Source: Alphaproteobacteria bacterium
GTDB taxonomy: Bacteria; Pseudomonadota; Alphaproteobacteria; Bin95
Length of the DNA: 64,000 bases
Assembly: GCA_964291285.2 (NCBI GenBank)
Contig: OZ219786.1
Coordinates: 256,001-320,000 of the forward strand
Reading direction: 5' to 3'
Positions 37,368 through 47,930 of this stretch are shown in pieces. Position numbers and translations under genes: made by a program. The notes below the pieces were generated by a model. It was not told where the DNA came from. It saw only the letters and a list, made by a program, of their open reading frames with translations, and ran no database searches. Every line of letters starts with the position of its first letter. The first letter of the stretch is position 1.

Positions 37368-38656
37368 CCCGCACTCCCCGCCGCGGCGTCCGCGCCGCCG
37401 TCCACCGGCAGGCCCGTCAGCGCCGTGAACTCGCTCTGAAGCATCCGGAACGGGCGCGACCGCCGGCAGGCGAATACCCAGCCCCCCTCCCGGCTCCACG
37501 CCGCGGACACCACCTCCAGGCCCTCGACCGCCGTCAGCATCGCGACCGCCTCGCCCAGCGGGCGCACGGTCCGCAACTCCACCTCGACCTCCGCTCCCCA
37601 CTGCCCGTAGCCGATATCGAACCCCCGCAGCCCCAGCGCCCTGTCCAGGCGGCGGCGGAACGCGGCAGGCTCCGGCCAGGGCGCGGCCTCCGGGTCGTGG
37701 CGCGCCAGCACCGCCGGCAGCAGGCTGAACGCCGCCGCCGTTCCCGTGTTATCCAGAAGGGCGTTGCGCCAGTCTCCCAGCATGTCCTGCGCCAGAGGCA
37801 CATGCACGCGCGGGTCGAGGCCCTCGCGCAGGCCCCAGTGCACCTCCAGCACCGCCTGCCCGGACAGGCCGCCCGGCGACAGGCCGGACCGCGCCTGCAC
37901 GAAACGCGGATGGCACGCCGCCCCCTGCCGCTCCCACCCCGACATCGTGACCCGGTGCGCCTCCAGCGCCGCCCGGCAGTGCCGCAGGAACGCCCCGCTC
38001 CGCACCACCGCATCGACCATGGGCGGTTCCTCCGGCGGCGCCTCCTTCAGATGGACGAACACCAGTATGTCGTCCCGATGGTTCCAGGCCGGCCAGGCCC
38101 CGCCGCCGGCCAGCACCAGCAGCGCCGCCGCGATGCCCGCGCGCCAGGTCAGGCGCACCTTCGGCGCCTCGACCATGACCGGCAGGCCCGCCGCCGCGCC
38201 CGCAAGCGCCCCGCTCTCGACAACCGCCCCGGCCCCGAACAGCTCCGCAAGGCCCGGCGTCGCGACCACTGCCGCATCCTGGCCGCCGGCGCTGCCCAGC
38301 GCCCGGTGCGCCTGGTCAGCCGAGCGGTAGACGCTCTCCCCGCCCGGCAGGATGCGCCCGCCCGCGCTCCGCACGACCCCGACACGGTTGCCGCCGTCCT
38401 CCTCCACGAAGGCCGCCCAGGCGGCAGGCGCCCCCGCGCCGCCGGATGCCAGCACCGCCCGCAGCGCCCCGGCAAGCGGCGGCAGGCCGCCCGGCGCCTC
38501 CGCCGCCCCCAGAAACCCCGTCTGCCCGTCAAGCTCCACCATCCAGGCATGGCCGCGCTCGCGCGCCGCCCGCGCCGCACGGCCACGGGACAGCACGTCC
38601 CGCTCCCAGTCGAGACCGGCCGCAAACCGCCGCCCGCCCACCGCCAGCACGCTCAT
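37364..38656 (-). CDS. pilO: Type IVb pilus protein PilO2
   Basis: VGGRRFAAGLDW N-terminus; central TM; directly follows the secretin. Confidence 0.75.
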   Translation of the reverse strand: MSVLAVGGRRFAAGLDWERDVLSRGRAARAARERGHAWMVELDGQTGFLGAAEAPGGLPPLAGALRAVLASGGAGAPAAWAAFVEEDGGNRVGVVRSAGGRILPGGESVYRSADQAHRALGSAGGQDAAVVATPGLAELFGAGAVVESGALAGAAAGLPVMVEAPKVRLTWRAGIAAALLVLAGGGAWPAWNHRDDILVFVHLKEAPPEEPPMVDAVVRSGAFLRHCRAALEAHRVTMSGWERQGAACHPRFVQARSGLSPGGLSGQAVLEVHWGLREGLDPRVHVPLAQDMLGDWRNALLDNTGTAAAFSLLPAVLARHDPEAAPWPEPAAFRRRLDRALGLRGFDIGYGQWGAEVEVELRTVRPLGEAVAMLTAVEGLEVVSAAWSREGGWVFACRRSRPFRMLQSEFTALTGLPVDGGADAAAGSAG

Positions 38657-39902
38657 CCACCCGCCTCCCGGTCCACGCCCGCCGGTCCTGCACCGCCGCC
38701 CGCAGCCGCGACCGGAGCCGGGCCGAACCCCGCCCGCTCCGATATCCCCAGAGGCGCCCCGATCTCCGCCGTCACCAGAAGCGCCGTCTCCACACGCGCC
38801 AGGTCCGCTTTCCCACTGCCCTCCGGAAACGGCACGTCCTCGTGGACCGTCCCCGACCGGGTGCCCGTGGACGAACGGTCCCGGAAGCCCGTCAGCAGCA
38901 GCGTCTCGCCCCGCCCGATGCGCTGCGTCGCCACGATCGCGCGCCGCCCGCCCGCAGGAAGCTGGATCTCGTTGCCCGCAGAGCTGAACACCTTGAACGC
39001 CGGGCGGTCCTGGATCGTCGCCGTGATCCGCGCCAGAACCTCGTCATGCCCCACGACCCGCGCCACGAAACTCAGACCGAACCCCGACGACACCGTCCCC
39101 GGCGTCAGCTTGTACGACCGCACCCCGTCCTTGACCTCCGTGGCGACCTCCTTCAGGTAGGCCTGGTCGAACAGGTCGTAGAACTGCGCCGGGCGCCCGT
39201 TCAGCGTCGGCACGTCCACCGACAGCAGGCGCGAGGTCGTGCCGACCTTGCGGAGCGCGCTCACCGTCGCATCCAGCGTCTTCGTTCCGGCGGTCACCGG
39301 CTTTACTAACGAAATCGCGCCGCCCTGGAACCCGACCTGCAGGTTCGACCCGAACGCCTCCGGCAGCAGCCCCGTCAGACCCACCTCGTAGTCCGAGCCC
39401 CGGTCGAACCGCACCGAGTAGAGATGCACGCTCAGCGTCACCGGGCGCAGCACATGCCGGTTCACATGCTCCAGCCAGGACCGCACACGGTCCACCGCCC
39501 GCGGCAGGCCGGTCACCGTCACCGTCGAGGCCGCCGCCGAGATCGACACCCGGCCTTCGGAACCCGCGGCAGCCCAGGCCTGCGCCCCGATCTCCGACCA
39601 GGGCTCGTAGCTCATCTCCGAGGAGATCGACTGCTCCGAACTCCCCGAGGTCGCCTCGCCGCCGCTGCCCGAGGTTGTCGTCGTCACCGACCAGGTCTGG
39701 CGCCCGACCAGCGCATGCACCCCGAACACCCGCGTCTCGGAGCGCACCACCTCGACCAGCTCCGCCTCGCCGTCATACTGCCACCGGTAGCCCGCGCACT
39801 CCGTCCACGCGTCCAGCAGCCGGTCCAACGGACCTGCCCACACGCCGGCCTCGCCGGCCAGTTCGTCCTCCCAGGAGGCCAGCCAGGCCTCGCACGCGCC
39901 GC

Positions 39903-39986
39903 CCGTCGGCGCCGGCTCGCCATCCGTCGGCGCATCCGCCCCGTCCATCGGTGCATCCACGCCGTCCATCGGCGCCGGCTCGTTGT
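39903..39986. repeat. Degenerate 21-bp tandem repeat, 4 copies, within pilN
   Basis: Encodes DNEPAPM/DGVDAPM/DGADAPT/DGEPAPT. Confidence 0.8.
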
Positions 39987-40114
39987 CCCTGTGGGCGGCT
40001 CCCTGCCACACGGCCCCGGTCAGCTGCACCCCGATGCCGGTCGCATCGGATATGCGGCGCGCCAGGACCTCGTCCCCCGGACCGTCGCCGAGCGTCACCA
40101 CGATCCCGGTCTCC

Positions 40115-41045
40115 GAGCCTGACCCAAAAAGAGTTGAGCGGTTTCAAGGGATTGTGATTCAGTTCGGTTATGCATCTGAACGGAGCCACGAATGCCCTGG
40201 ACCGAAACCGCTCGCCGGGAGTATCGGCGGGACTGCCCACGATATGCAAGCGATCTGACCGACGCTGAGTGGTCTCTGATCGAGCCCTTCATGCCGTTGC
40301 CCTGCCGTATCGGTCGCCCGCGCCAGACCGATCTGCGCGAGGTCGTAAATGCGGTGCTGTATATGGCCACGACCGGTTGTCAGTGGCGCCAGCTGCCGAA
40401 GGACTTTCCGCCGGTCTCGACGGTGCAGCGCTATTTCTACGAGTGGCGCGACAACAGGCTGTGGCAGACGATCCGGTTCCACCTGGCCGTGCAGGCGCGC
40501 GAACGCGAGGGGCGCGAGGCCCAGCCGAGCGCGGGCGTGATCGACAGCCAGACGGTGAAAACCACGGAGGCAGGCGGGGTTAGCGGCTATGACGCCGGCA
40601 AGAAGGTCAAAGGGCGCAAGCGCCACGCTGTCGTCGACACCATCGGCATGCTCTTCGGCCTCGTCGTACATGCCGCCGACGTTCAGGACCGCGACGGCGC
40701 CCCGGCCGTGCTGAAATCCATCCGCCACGCCTGCCCCTGGCTGCGTCATCTGTTCGCCGATGGCGGATATGCCGGGCCGAAACTGCGCGGCGCCCTCGAC
40801 AGGATCGGCAAGTGGACGCTCGAAATCGTCAAACGCTCCGACACCGCCAACGGCTTCGAAGTCCTCCCCGGACGATGGGTCGTCGAACGCACCTTCGCAT
40901 GGCTCGGGCGCTGCCGCAGGCTGGCAAAAGACTGGGAAAAATCCATCGCCTCAAGCGAAGCATGGATCAACATCGCCCATATCCGGCTCACAACACGCCG
41001 ACTCGCAAGGCCTTGAAAAACTTCAGCGAGTTTCGAGTCAGGCTC
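40115..41045 (+). mobile_element. Complete IS5-family element (IS1031-like)
   Basis: Terminal IRs gagcctgacccaaaa and tttcgagtcaggctc; 3-bp target duplication TCC at 40112-40114 and 41046-41048. Confidence 0.92.
40192..41016 (+). CDS. IS5 family transposase
   Basis: YASDLTDAEW, GCQWRQLPKDFP, IDSQTVK, GYDAGKKVKGRKRH, RWVVERTFAW. Confidence 0.95.
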   Translation: MPWTETARREYRRDCPRYASDLTDAEWSLIEPFMPLPCRIGRPRQTDLREVVNAVLYMATTGCQWRQLPKDFPPVSTVQRYFYEWRDNRLWQTIRFHLAVQAREREGREAQPSAGVIDSQTVKTTEAGGVSGYDAGKKVKGRKRHAVVDTIGMLFGLVVHAADVQDRDGAPAVLKSIRHACPWLRHLFADGGYAGPKLRGALDRIGKWTLEIVKRSDTANGFEVLPGRWVVERTFAWLGRCRRLAKDWEKSIASSEAWINIAHIRLTTRRLARP

Positions 41046-41396
41046 TCCGACCTCAGATCGGCCGGAAGAAGGGAACGCTCCGGCGCCACCGCCGTCAGCG
41101 CAAGATACGGGTCCTTCGAGCGCGTGAGAGAGCGGAAACCCGGCCGCTCCGGACCCGGAGACCCGAGCGAATCAAGCCGGCCCTCTACCTCCGAGGCCGC
41201 CCGGTCGACCTCCTCATGATCGAGCCAGCCGCAGCCCGGCAGCGCAATGGCCGCCGCCAGCAAAACGGCCCGGACAGCCGCTCCGGAACCCGATGCGAAG
41301 CCGCTCGAACCGCCCGAAAGTCCTTGCCGCGCCGTGGTTGACAGGACCCCGAATCCCTCTCACCTTGTCTCCGAATGCGAAGGTCGGTCGGCTGCC

Positions 41397-42281
41397 AATC
41401 ATGAACATGCTGGCGAACACCGTGACGCCAAAGACGAAAATCAGCGCCAGCCCGACGGCGAAGTTCCGGTCGCGGAAAATAGCGAGGTCGATATAGGGAG
41501 ACCGCGCGGTGAGCGAATGGGCGATGAAGAGGTAAAGGCAAAGCCCGGCGATCACGGCCTCCGCAATGATCTCGGGAGAACTGAACCAGTCCTGCCGCTC
41601 GCCCCGGTCCAGGACAAGCTGGAGGCAAGCCACCCCGATGGCGAGCGTTACGAGACCGATCCAGTCGAGAGAAATGCCGCGTTTCTCGGTCTCCGGCGTG
41701 GTCATCCAGATGCCGAGAAACGCAATGCAGCCGAGCGGCACATTGATGAAGAACACATAGCGCCAGCCATAGAATTCCGTGAGCAAGGCGCCGACGGTCG
41801 GCCCCGCAACCGGCCCCAGGATCATTCCCATCGACCAGATCGACATGGCGAAGCCGTGCCGGCTGCGCGGGTAGGTGTCCAGCATGATCGCCTGGCTGAT
41901 CGGCAGCAAGGGTGCGCTGCCAAAGCCCTGCAGGGCGCGGAAAAGGACCAGCTCTTCAAGGCTGTCCGCGGATGCGCAGAGCATCGCCGTGACGGTGAAG
42001 GCGGCGATGGACCAGAGAAAGATCAACCGCCGCCCGAACTTCACGGCGAGCCAGCCGGAAATGGTCGTGCCGAGGGCCGAGGCGACGATAAAGGCCGTCA
42101 CGACCCAGCCGATCTGGTCCGGCGTCGCCGAGAGATTGCCCTGCATCGCCGGCAGGGCGACATAGGCGGTGCTCATGTTGGTCGAATGCAGCAGCGACGC
42201 TGCGAGCACCGGGATAGTGATCGTCGCGGTTTCCGCGCGTGTGAACGGGCCCGCCGCCGGGCGGTTGCGGGTCGAAAGCAC
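41397..42281 (-). pseudogene. DHA2 (EmrB/QacA) MFS transporter, 3'-truncated at the island boundary
   Basis: VALPAMQGNLSAT, FGRR, GPVAGPTVG, WRYVFFINVP, LDRGERQDWF. Similarity ends at FASMFMI after about 295 aa. Confidence 0.85.
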
Positions 42282-42310
42282 GCGGCGGGGCCGTCCTCAG
42301 GAACCGGCGG

Positions 42311-43123
42311 TCAGGCAGAGGATTCGGGGTCGAATTTCGGCGCCCGCTTCTCCAGATGCGCCGCCAGGCCCTCTTCGACTTCCGGACCGGTGAAGCCCAG
42401 CATTTCCAGCGCGGTTGAAGCGTCGTAGGCCGGCCCCATCGAGCGGTACCAGTTATTCAGCGCATATTTGGTCCAGCGGATGGCGCTCGGCGCTCCGTTG
42501 GCGAGCTTTCGGGCGACTTCGAGCGCCTTGTCCTGCAACTCGTCGTCCTCGACGCAGAGCGATACCAGCCCGATCCGCTCCGCCTCCTCGCCGTAAACCG
42601 ACTCGCAGAGCATCAGGTAGTATTTCGCTTTCGCCATGCCGCAGAGCAGCGGCCAGTTGATGACCGAATGGTCGCCGGCGGCGACGCCGAGCCGGGTGTG
42701 GCCGTCGATGATGCGCGCCGACTTGCCGGCAATGGATATGTCGCAGAGCAGCCCCGCGACCAGGCCGGCCCCGACCGCGACCCCGTTCAGCGCGGAAACG
42801 GTCGGCTTGCAGCAATCGATGATGTTGTAGACGAGGTCGCGAGCTTCCTTCCAGGCGCGCACGCGGTCGTCGTAATTGTCGATATTCTTGCGGATCATCG
42901 AGAAGTCGCCGCCGGACGAGAAGGCCCTGCCCTTGCCGGTCAGGATGACCGCCGAGACATCGCGGTCCTGATCGATATCGCGCCAGATATAGGTCATGTC
43001 GCGATGGCCGTTGGAATCGAGCGAGTTGTAGGTCTCGGGCTTATTGAGGGTCAGGCGCAGAACGCGCTCCTCGGGCCAGTCGATCTCGAATGTCCGGCGG
43101 TAGTCGTCATAACGGTCGCCCAT
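42311..43123 (-). CDS. Enoyl-CoA hydratase/isomerase family protein
   Basis: [30 protein letters not shown]. Confidence 0.92.
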   Translation of the reverse strand: MGDRYDDYRRTFEIDWPEERVLRLTLNKPETYNSLDSNGHRDMTYIWRDIDQDRDVSAVILTGKGRAFSSGGDFSMIRKNIDNYDDRVRAWKEARDLVYNIIDCCKPTVSALNGVAVGAGLVAGLLCDISIAGKSARIIDGHTRLGVAAGDHSVINWPLLCGMAKAKYYLMLCESVYGEEAERIGLVSLCVEDDELQDKALEVARKLANGAPSAIRWTKYALNNWYRSMGPAYDASTALEMLGFTGPEVEEGLAAHLEKRAPKFDPESSA

Positions 43124-43213
43124 CGGGGCCTTCCTCCTGCTGCGTCTATCCGCGATTGCGGCTTTGCGGTTCTCGCCCGAAGCGGGTTGCGGGTCAATTG
43201 CGCGCGGGCGGCC

Positions 43214-44548
43214 TCAGAGGGCTTCGGCTTCCGCCACCTCCCCCTCCATGGAAGCCAGTTCGCCGAGAGTAACCGGCTTGATCGGCGGCCGTATGCGGAA
43301 GCTGCCGACCTCCTCCACCGCAAGGCCCCGCTCGCTGGCGATGACTTCGGCGGCAGCGAGCCCGCACATACGTCCCTGACAGGGGCCCATGCCGACGCGC
43401 GCGAAAGCCTTGAGCTGGTTCGGACCCATCGCCCCGTCACGAACCGCCTGGCGAATGTCGCCCGCCGTGACACTCTCGCACCGGCACACCAGCGCCTCGT
43501 CCGCAGGCAAGGTAGTGTGCGGCCGGAACAGGCGGTCGAGCAGCGGCCGCATGGCCCGCTCCCGGTCCAGCGCGGCAACGAGCCCTCCCGGGTCCACACC
43601 GGCCGCCAGCCTGGCCGCGACCCGCCCCGAAAGCGCAGCCGCCCGTGCGCCGGCTATGCCTCCGGCGTCTCCCGCGACCAGAAGGGTCTCCTCTGCCGTT
43701 CGGCCCAGGGAGTCCGCGACGGGCGCCCAGTGGCGCTGCTCCGGGCGCCAGCGATGCGCAAGGCCGGCCTGCCGCGAAAGATGCGTCTGCGGGACGACGC
43801 CCTCGTGCAACAACAGCAGGTCGCAGCCGATCTCCCCGCCGTCGAACCGCACAGACTCTCCTGTCGCCGCAAGACCGCTGACGCCCGACCGGAACGCGAC
43901 GCCGGCGCGCCTCAGCCTGCGCTTCATCGCCACACCCCTGGCGAGGTCGCGCCAGCCGGCCATGGCGCGCGGCAGGACGGGGGCCGCGTCCAGATAGTCG
44001 GCGCCTTCCGTCGTCTCCAGCACCGCCGCCACATCCGCGCCGGCATCCAGCAGCTGGCAGCCGACGAGCAGCAGGAGCGGACCCGACCCCGCGAGCACGA
44101 TGCGTCCTGCCGGCACCAGCCCGGACGCCTTCAGCAACACCTGCGCAGCGCCGGCTCCCATCACGCCCGGCCGTTCGGCACCGGGGATCGGCACCGGGCG
44201 CTCCATCGCTCCTGTCGCGATCAGCACGCGGCGGGCCGATATCGTCGAGGCCGAGCCCTCCCGGCTGCACGCAATCCGCGCGCCCGCATCGAGCCGCCAG
44301 ACGGCACTGTTCGGCCGGTAGTCGATGCGGGCACTGCGGAAATCCGCGGCCAGCTCCCGCCCGGCTTCATATTCCTCGCCCAGTATCGCGGTGAGGCCGG
44401 ATCCAGCGCGCTCGATTCCGCGCCAGATCTGCCCTCCGGGCTCGGGCTGGTCGTCCAGGACGGTGACGGAGAGGCCGTGCTCCGCCGCCTCCACGGCCGC
44501 CGCCATGCCCGCCGGACCGGCACCGACGATTGCCAGATCGATGCTCAT
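43214..44548 (-). CDS. FAD/NAD(P) oxidoreductase with BFD-like 2Fe-2S domain (OoxA/HcnB-like)
   Basis: GAGPAG, ATGAMERP, VCRCE, GMGPCQGRMC, RPPIKP. Confidence 0.88.
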   Translation of the reverse strand: MSIDLAIVGAGPAGMAAAVEAAEHGLSVTVLDDQPEPGGQIWRGIERAGSGLTAILGEEYEAGRELAADFRSARIDYRPNSAVWRLDAGARIACSREGSASTISARRVLIATGAMERPVPIPGAERPGVMGAGAAQVLLKASGLVPAGRIVLAGSGPLLLLVGCQLLDAGADVAAVLETTEGADYLDAAPVLPRAMAGWRDLARGVAMKRRLRRAGVAFRSGVSGLAATGESVRFDGGEIGCDLLLLHEGVVPQTHLSRQAGLAHRWRPEQRHWAPVADSLGRTAEETLLVAGDAGGIAGARAAALSGRVAARLAAGVDPGGLVAALDRERAMRPLLDRLFRPHTTLPADEALVCRCESVTAGDIRQAVRDGAMGPNQLKAFARVGMGPCQGRMCGLAAAEVIASERGLAVEEVGSFRIRPPIKPVTLGELASMEGEVAEAEAL

Positions 44549-44838
44549 CGTCCGCGTCCCGCTCCGTCCGTCCGGCGCGCGACGCAAAGGCCTTCGCGCA
44601 CCGGCGTCATGCAGGCCTGGCGGTTGGGTTCGCCGTCGATCTCGACGAGGCATTCGAAACAGACACCCATGGCGCACCAGGGCCCGCGCGGCCCGCCATC
44701 GACCGGCGCACGGCGGAATTCAGCGACGCCCGACGCGAGCATGGCGGCCGCAACGCTGTCACCGGGCGCCGCTGCAACCGGTTCCCCGTCAACCTCTATC
44801 GTTATCGTCGCCTCTCGCTCAGGCAGCCGCCGGAACAT
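44545..44838 (-). CDS. 2Fe-2S protein (HcnA-like)
   Basis: CAMGVCFEC...RQAC. Confidence 0.88.
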   Translation of the reverse strand: MFRRLPEREATITIEVDGEPVAAAPGDSVAAAMLASGVAEFRRAPVDGGPRGPWCAMGVCFECLVEIDGEPNRQACMTPVREGLCVARRTDGAGRGR

Positions 44839-45931
44839 CGAACCTCCGCGCGCTGAAGGCTTCGAACCCGTCCGGCGCCTTGCCTTCGGCAATCCAGTCC
44901 GGCAGGCGGGCGGTGTGAACGGCGGCTAACGTGACGCCGCTGTGCATGGTGGCTACGAAGGCTCCGGGATGGCTTTCCGACTCGTCGTAGATCGGGCAGC
45001 GGTCCGGCGGGATGACCCTGAGCGCCGCCCAGCTCCGCATGAGCCTCAGCCGTTCGAGCGCCGGAAGCGCGCGGATGGCGCGCCGGGCGAGGCCGCGCGC
45101 GGCTTCCAGCGTCGTGCCGGTGTCGAAGCCAACGCTTTCCTGCGTCGCGCCGATCATGACCGTCCCTTCCGCCGTCTGGCGGAGATTGCCCATCGGCATC
45201 GGCATGAACCGTTCCACCCGCTCGGTCACCAGCACCTGACCGCGTTCCGGCACCGTCGGCACATTCAGGCCGACCTGCGCCGCCAGCGGCGGAATGCCGT
45301 TGCCTGCCGCCAGCAGCAGTTTCGGGGCCTCGAATGCGCCGGCGTCCGTCTCCACCCGGAAGCCGCGCCCGATATTGCGCACCCGTGCGCCGGGCCGGTA
45401 GCGCCCGCCTCTCGCCCTGAAGCCGGCGTGAAGGGCGCGCAGCAGGTAGAGCGGCCCGCAATGGCCGTCCTTTTCCGAGAAGGACGCGCCCACGACCTCC
45501 TGCCCGAAACGGACGCCCGGAGCTATCCGCTCCAGTTCGGCGCGTTCGACCATCCGGGCGTGGTAGCCGCCGCCCTGCGCCGCCATCGCCTCGTTGAGCC
45601 GCATCTGCGCTTCCCATTCCTCGTCGCCGAGGCACAGAATCGCGCCGCCCGGCCGCTCATGGTGGATGTCGACGCCCGTCAGGTCCCCAAGCTCCCCGGC
45701 GAATCCGGCGTAGCGGTCCGCCGATTCCTGCGACCATTCCTGGTAGCGCTGCAGCCCGAACCCCTTGGTCTGTACCCAGACGAGCCCGAAATTGCCTCGC
45801 GCCGCCCGGAAAGCGTCGTCGCCCTCGTCGAGCATGAGCACGTCGAGTCCCTTGCCGGCCAGCCCGTAGGCCGCCGCCGCGCCGACCATGCCGCCGCCGA
45901 TGACGATGATGTCCGCCGTCCCCTCAAGCAT
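44819..45931 (-). CDS. DAO-family FAD oxidoreductase (OoxB/HcnC-like)
   Basis: IGGGMVG, RGNFGLVW, RGQVLVTE, HSGVTLA. Confidence 0.88.
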   Translation of the reverse strand: MLEGTADIIVIGGGMVGAAAAYGLAGKGLDVLMLDEGDDAFRAARGNFGLVWVQTKGFGLQRYQEWSQESADRYAGFAGELGDLTGVDIHHERPGGAILCLGDEEWEAQMRLNEAMAAQGGGYHARMVERAELERIAPGVRFGQEVVGASFSEKDGHCGPLYLLRALHAGFRARGGRYRPGARVRNIGRGFRVETDAGAFEAPKLLLAAGNGIPPLAAQVGLNVPTVPERGQVLVTERVERFMPMPMGNLRQTAEGTVMIGATQESVGFDTGTTLEAARGLARRAIRALPALERLRLMRSWAALRVIPPDRCPIYDESESHPGAFVATMHSGVTLAAVHTARLPDWIAEGKAPDGFEAFSARRFDVPAAA

Positions 45932-46076
45932 GGCGGCAATCGTGCTGTAGCCGCCCGGGCTGTGCAAGCCGCGCCTCCGCGGAGTGCGTCCACGGGGCCA
46001 GACAGTTTCTTGACAGGCCGTGTCGTGGCATGTTCCCGGCCCGCCGTTCCCTCGACGAAAGTCCGGACGATCCGCC

Positions 46077-47843
46077 ATGAATGTCGCCACACCCCCGTTT
46101 ATTGCCCGGAACACCCTCCCGAACGCGACTGCCGCCGGCACGCCGCTGGCGCCCGATTGCCACGGGATGAACTTCTTCGACATCGACCGCAGCCTGCAGG
46201 ACCTGCTGCCGCTCTACCTGCCGGACGACTTGCGCGAACACATGCTTCCGCATTTCCGTCGGCTCGGGGAAATCGCCGGCGGGCGCCTAGACGAGCTGGC
46301 GCGGCTGGCTGACCGGCACGGGCCCGTGCTGCATTTACGCGACGCCTTCGGTCGCGACGAGGATTGGATCGAGTTCCATCCCGCCTACCGGGAGATGGAG
46401 CAGATCGGGTTCGGCGATTTCGGTATCCACGCTATGTCCCGGCGCTCCGGCGTACTCGGATGGAACGGAACGCCGATCACGGCGAAATACATCCTGCAAT
46501 ATCTGTTCGTGCAGTCGGAATTCGCGCTGATGTGCCCGATCTCGGCCACGGACACCTCGGCGTTCCTCATCGGGAAATACGGCGACGAGGCGGTTCGTCG
46601 GCGTTTCATGCCGGGAATGACCAGCCAGGACATGAGCGAAATCTGCATGGGCGCGCAGTTCATGACGGAGAAGACGGGCGGCTCCGATGTCGGCGGCATC
46701 GAACTGGCAGCCCGGCTGGAGGATGGTCCCGAAGGAACCGAATGGCGGCTCTACGGCGACAAATGGTTCTGTTCCTGCGCCGACGCCGATGTTGCCCTGC
46801 TGCTGGCAAGGCCGGAAGGCGCGGTCGCAGGCACGGCCGGCCTCGGCCTGTTCGCCCTGCCGAAATACCGCGACGACGGCAGCCGCAACAGTTATCGGAT
46901 CGTGCGCCTAAAGGACAAGATGGGCACCCGGTCCATGGCGTCGGGTGAAATCGTGTTCGACGGGGCCGTCGCCTATCCGCTCGGCAAAGTGGGGCCGGGC
47001 CGGAACAACGGCCTCAAGCAAATGCTCGACCAGGTGAATCTGAGCCGCCTCTCGCACGGCGTGCGGGCTGCGGCGATGATGCGGCGCTGCCTGAACGAGG
47101 CCCTGGTCGCGGCGCGCGGGCGCGTGGCATTCGGCGGCATCGTCGCCGACAAGCCGCTGATGCGCCGGCAATTGCTCAAGCTGATGGTGCCGACCGAGCA
47201 GGCCCTCTCGATGGCGCTGTTCACCGCGGACAGGCTGGAACGCTCGGAAGCCGGCGACGAGCGGGCGGCGGCGCTGGTGCGGCTGCTTACGCCATTGCTG
47301 AAATTCCGCACCGGTCGGGACAATATCGCGGTCGCAACCGGCGCCATGGAGGCGCGAGGCGGCAACGGCTATATCGAAACCTTCGTCAATGCCCGGCTCG
47401 TGCGCGACGCCCACCTCGGCGTGCTCTGGGAAGGCACCTCCAATATCAACGCCCTGGACATTGTCGGCCGCGCCGTCGGCAAGACCGGCGCGCATGAAGT
47501 CCTCCGCGAGACACTGACGGACCTGCTGGACGAGGCGGACGGCCTGCCCGGCCAGTTGAAGGGCGCGCTCGGCCATGCCGCAGGCCGTGCCATTGCGCTT
47601 GCCGAGGAGGTCGCGGAGGCTGGGGACGAGCCGCGCATGCGCCAAGCGTCCGATGCGCTCTACCACGCGGCAAGCGCCGTCGTCATGGCGCATGAAGGCG
47701 GCCGGATCGTGGCGGCCGGCGGCGGCCGGAAACGCCTGCTGCTCGCGCAGATGGTGCTGGACCACCGGCTGAGCCCGCAGGACCCGCTCGCGCCGCGCGG
47801 CGACGACCCGGAGATTGCCGGGGAGCTGCTGGACGCCGCGTAG
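46077..47843 (+). CDS. Acyl-CoA dehydrogenase (AidB-like subfamily)
   Basis: MTEKTGGSDV, GDKWFCS, RLKDKMGTRSMASGE, GGNGYIE, WEGTSN. Confidence 0.9.
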   Translation: MNVATPPFIARNTLPNATAAGTPLAPDCHGMNFFDIDRSLQDLLPLYLPDDLREHMLPHFRRLGEIAGGRLDELARLADRHGPVLHLRDAFGRDEDWIEFHPAYREMEQIGFGDFGIHAMSRRSGVLGWNGTPITAKYILQYLFVQSEFALMCPISATDTSAFLIGKYGDEAVRRRFMPGMTSQDMSEICMGAQFMTEKTGGSDVGGIELAARLEDGPEGTEWRLYGDKWFCSCADADVALLLARPEGAVAGTAGLGLFALPKYRDDGSRNSYRIVRLKDKMGTRSMASGEIVFDGAVAYPLGKVGPGRNNGLKQMLDQVNLSRLSHGVRAAAMMRRCLNEALVAARGRVAFGGIVADKPLMRRQLLKLMVPTEQALSMALFTADRLERSEAGDERAAALVRLLTPLLKFRTGRDNIAVATGAMEARGGNGYIETFVNARLVRDAHLGVLWEGTSNINALDIVGRAVGKTGAHEVLRETLTDLLDEADGLPGQLKGALGHAAGRAIALAEEVAEAGDEPRMRQASDALYHAASAVVMAHEGGRIVAAGGGRKRLLLAQMVLDHRLSPQDPLAPRGDDPEIAGELLDAA

Positions 47844-47930
47844 TCCTGCGTTTCGCATGGACGCGGGCGGGACCGTCCGTGACACCGGGTATCCTTGCCG
47901 CGATAGATGCCCGCCCTTAGGGTCCGGGCC

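Larger units (their letters stand above)
38653..41263 (-). pseudogene. pilN: PilN/BfpB-type lipoprotein secretin split by an IS5-family element
   Basis: 5' part has lipobox LPGC. 3' part has VTVTGLP, TLNGRPA, LTPGTVSSG, GETLLLTGF. Removing the IS and one TCC restores the in-frame sequence DLRSETGIVVTL. Confidence 0.88.
1..41397 (-). mobile_element. Genomic island / ICE-like element with T4BSS and type IVb pilus
   Basis: Conjugation-type gene set, higher GC by eye than the flank, truncated host MFS gene at the right junction. Left end, integrase and relaxase are not in the window. Confidence 0.75.

Noticed and set aside
30010-39312. Rare ACTAAC (TTA codon) sites in pilQ (~30014) and pilN (~39305)
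   Set aside because: Only two instances, and the same hexamer occurs in host DNA near 63030. No evidence for regulation.
41338-41343. Perfect TTGACA -35 hexamer
   Set aside because: On the + strand pointing away from pilN, with no convincing -10 element.
43214-45931. Hydrogen cyanide synthase hcnABC
   Set aside because: Same families as opine and D-amino-acid oxidases. Gene order and sequence alone do not establish HCN synthesis.
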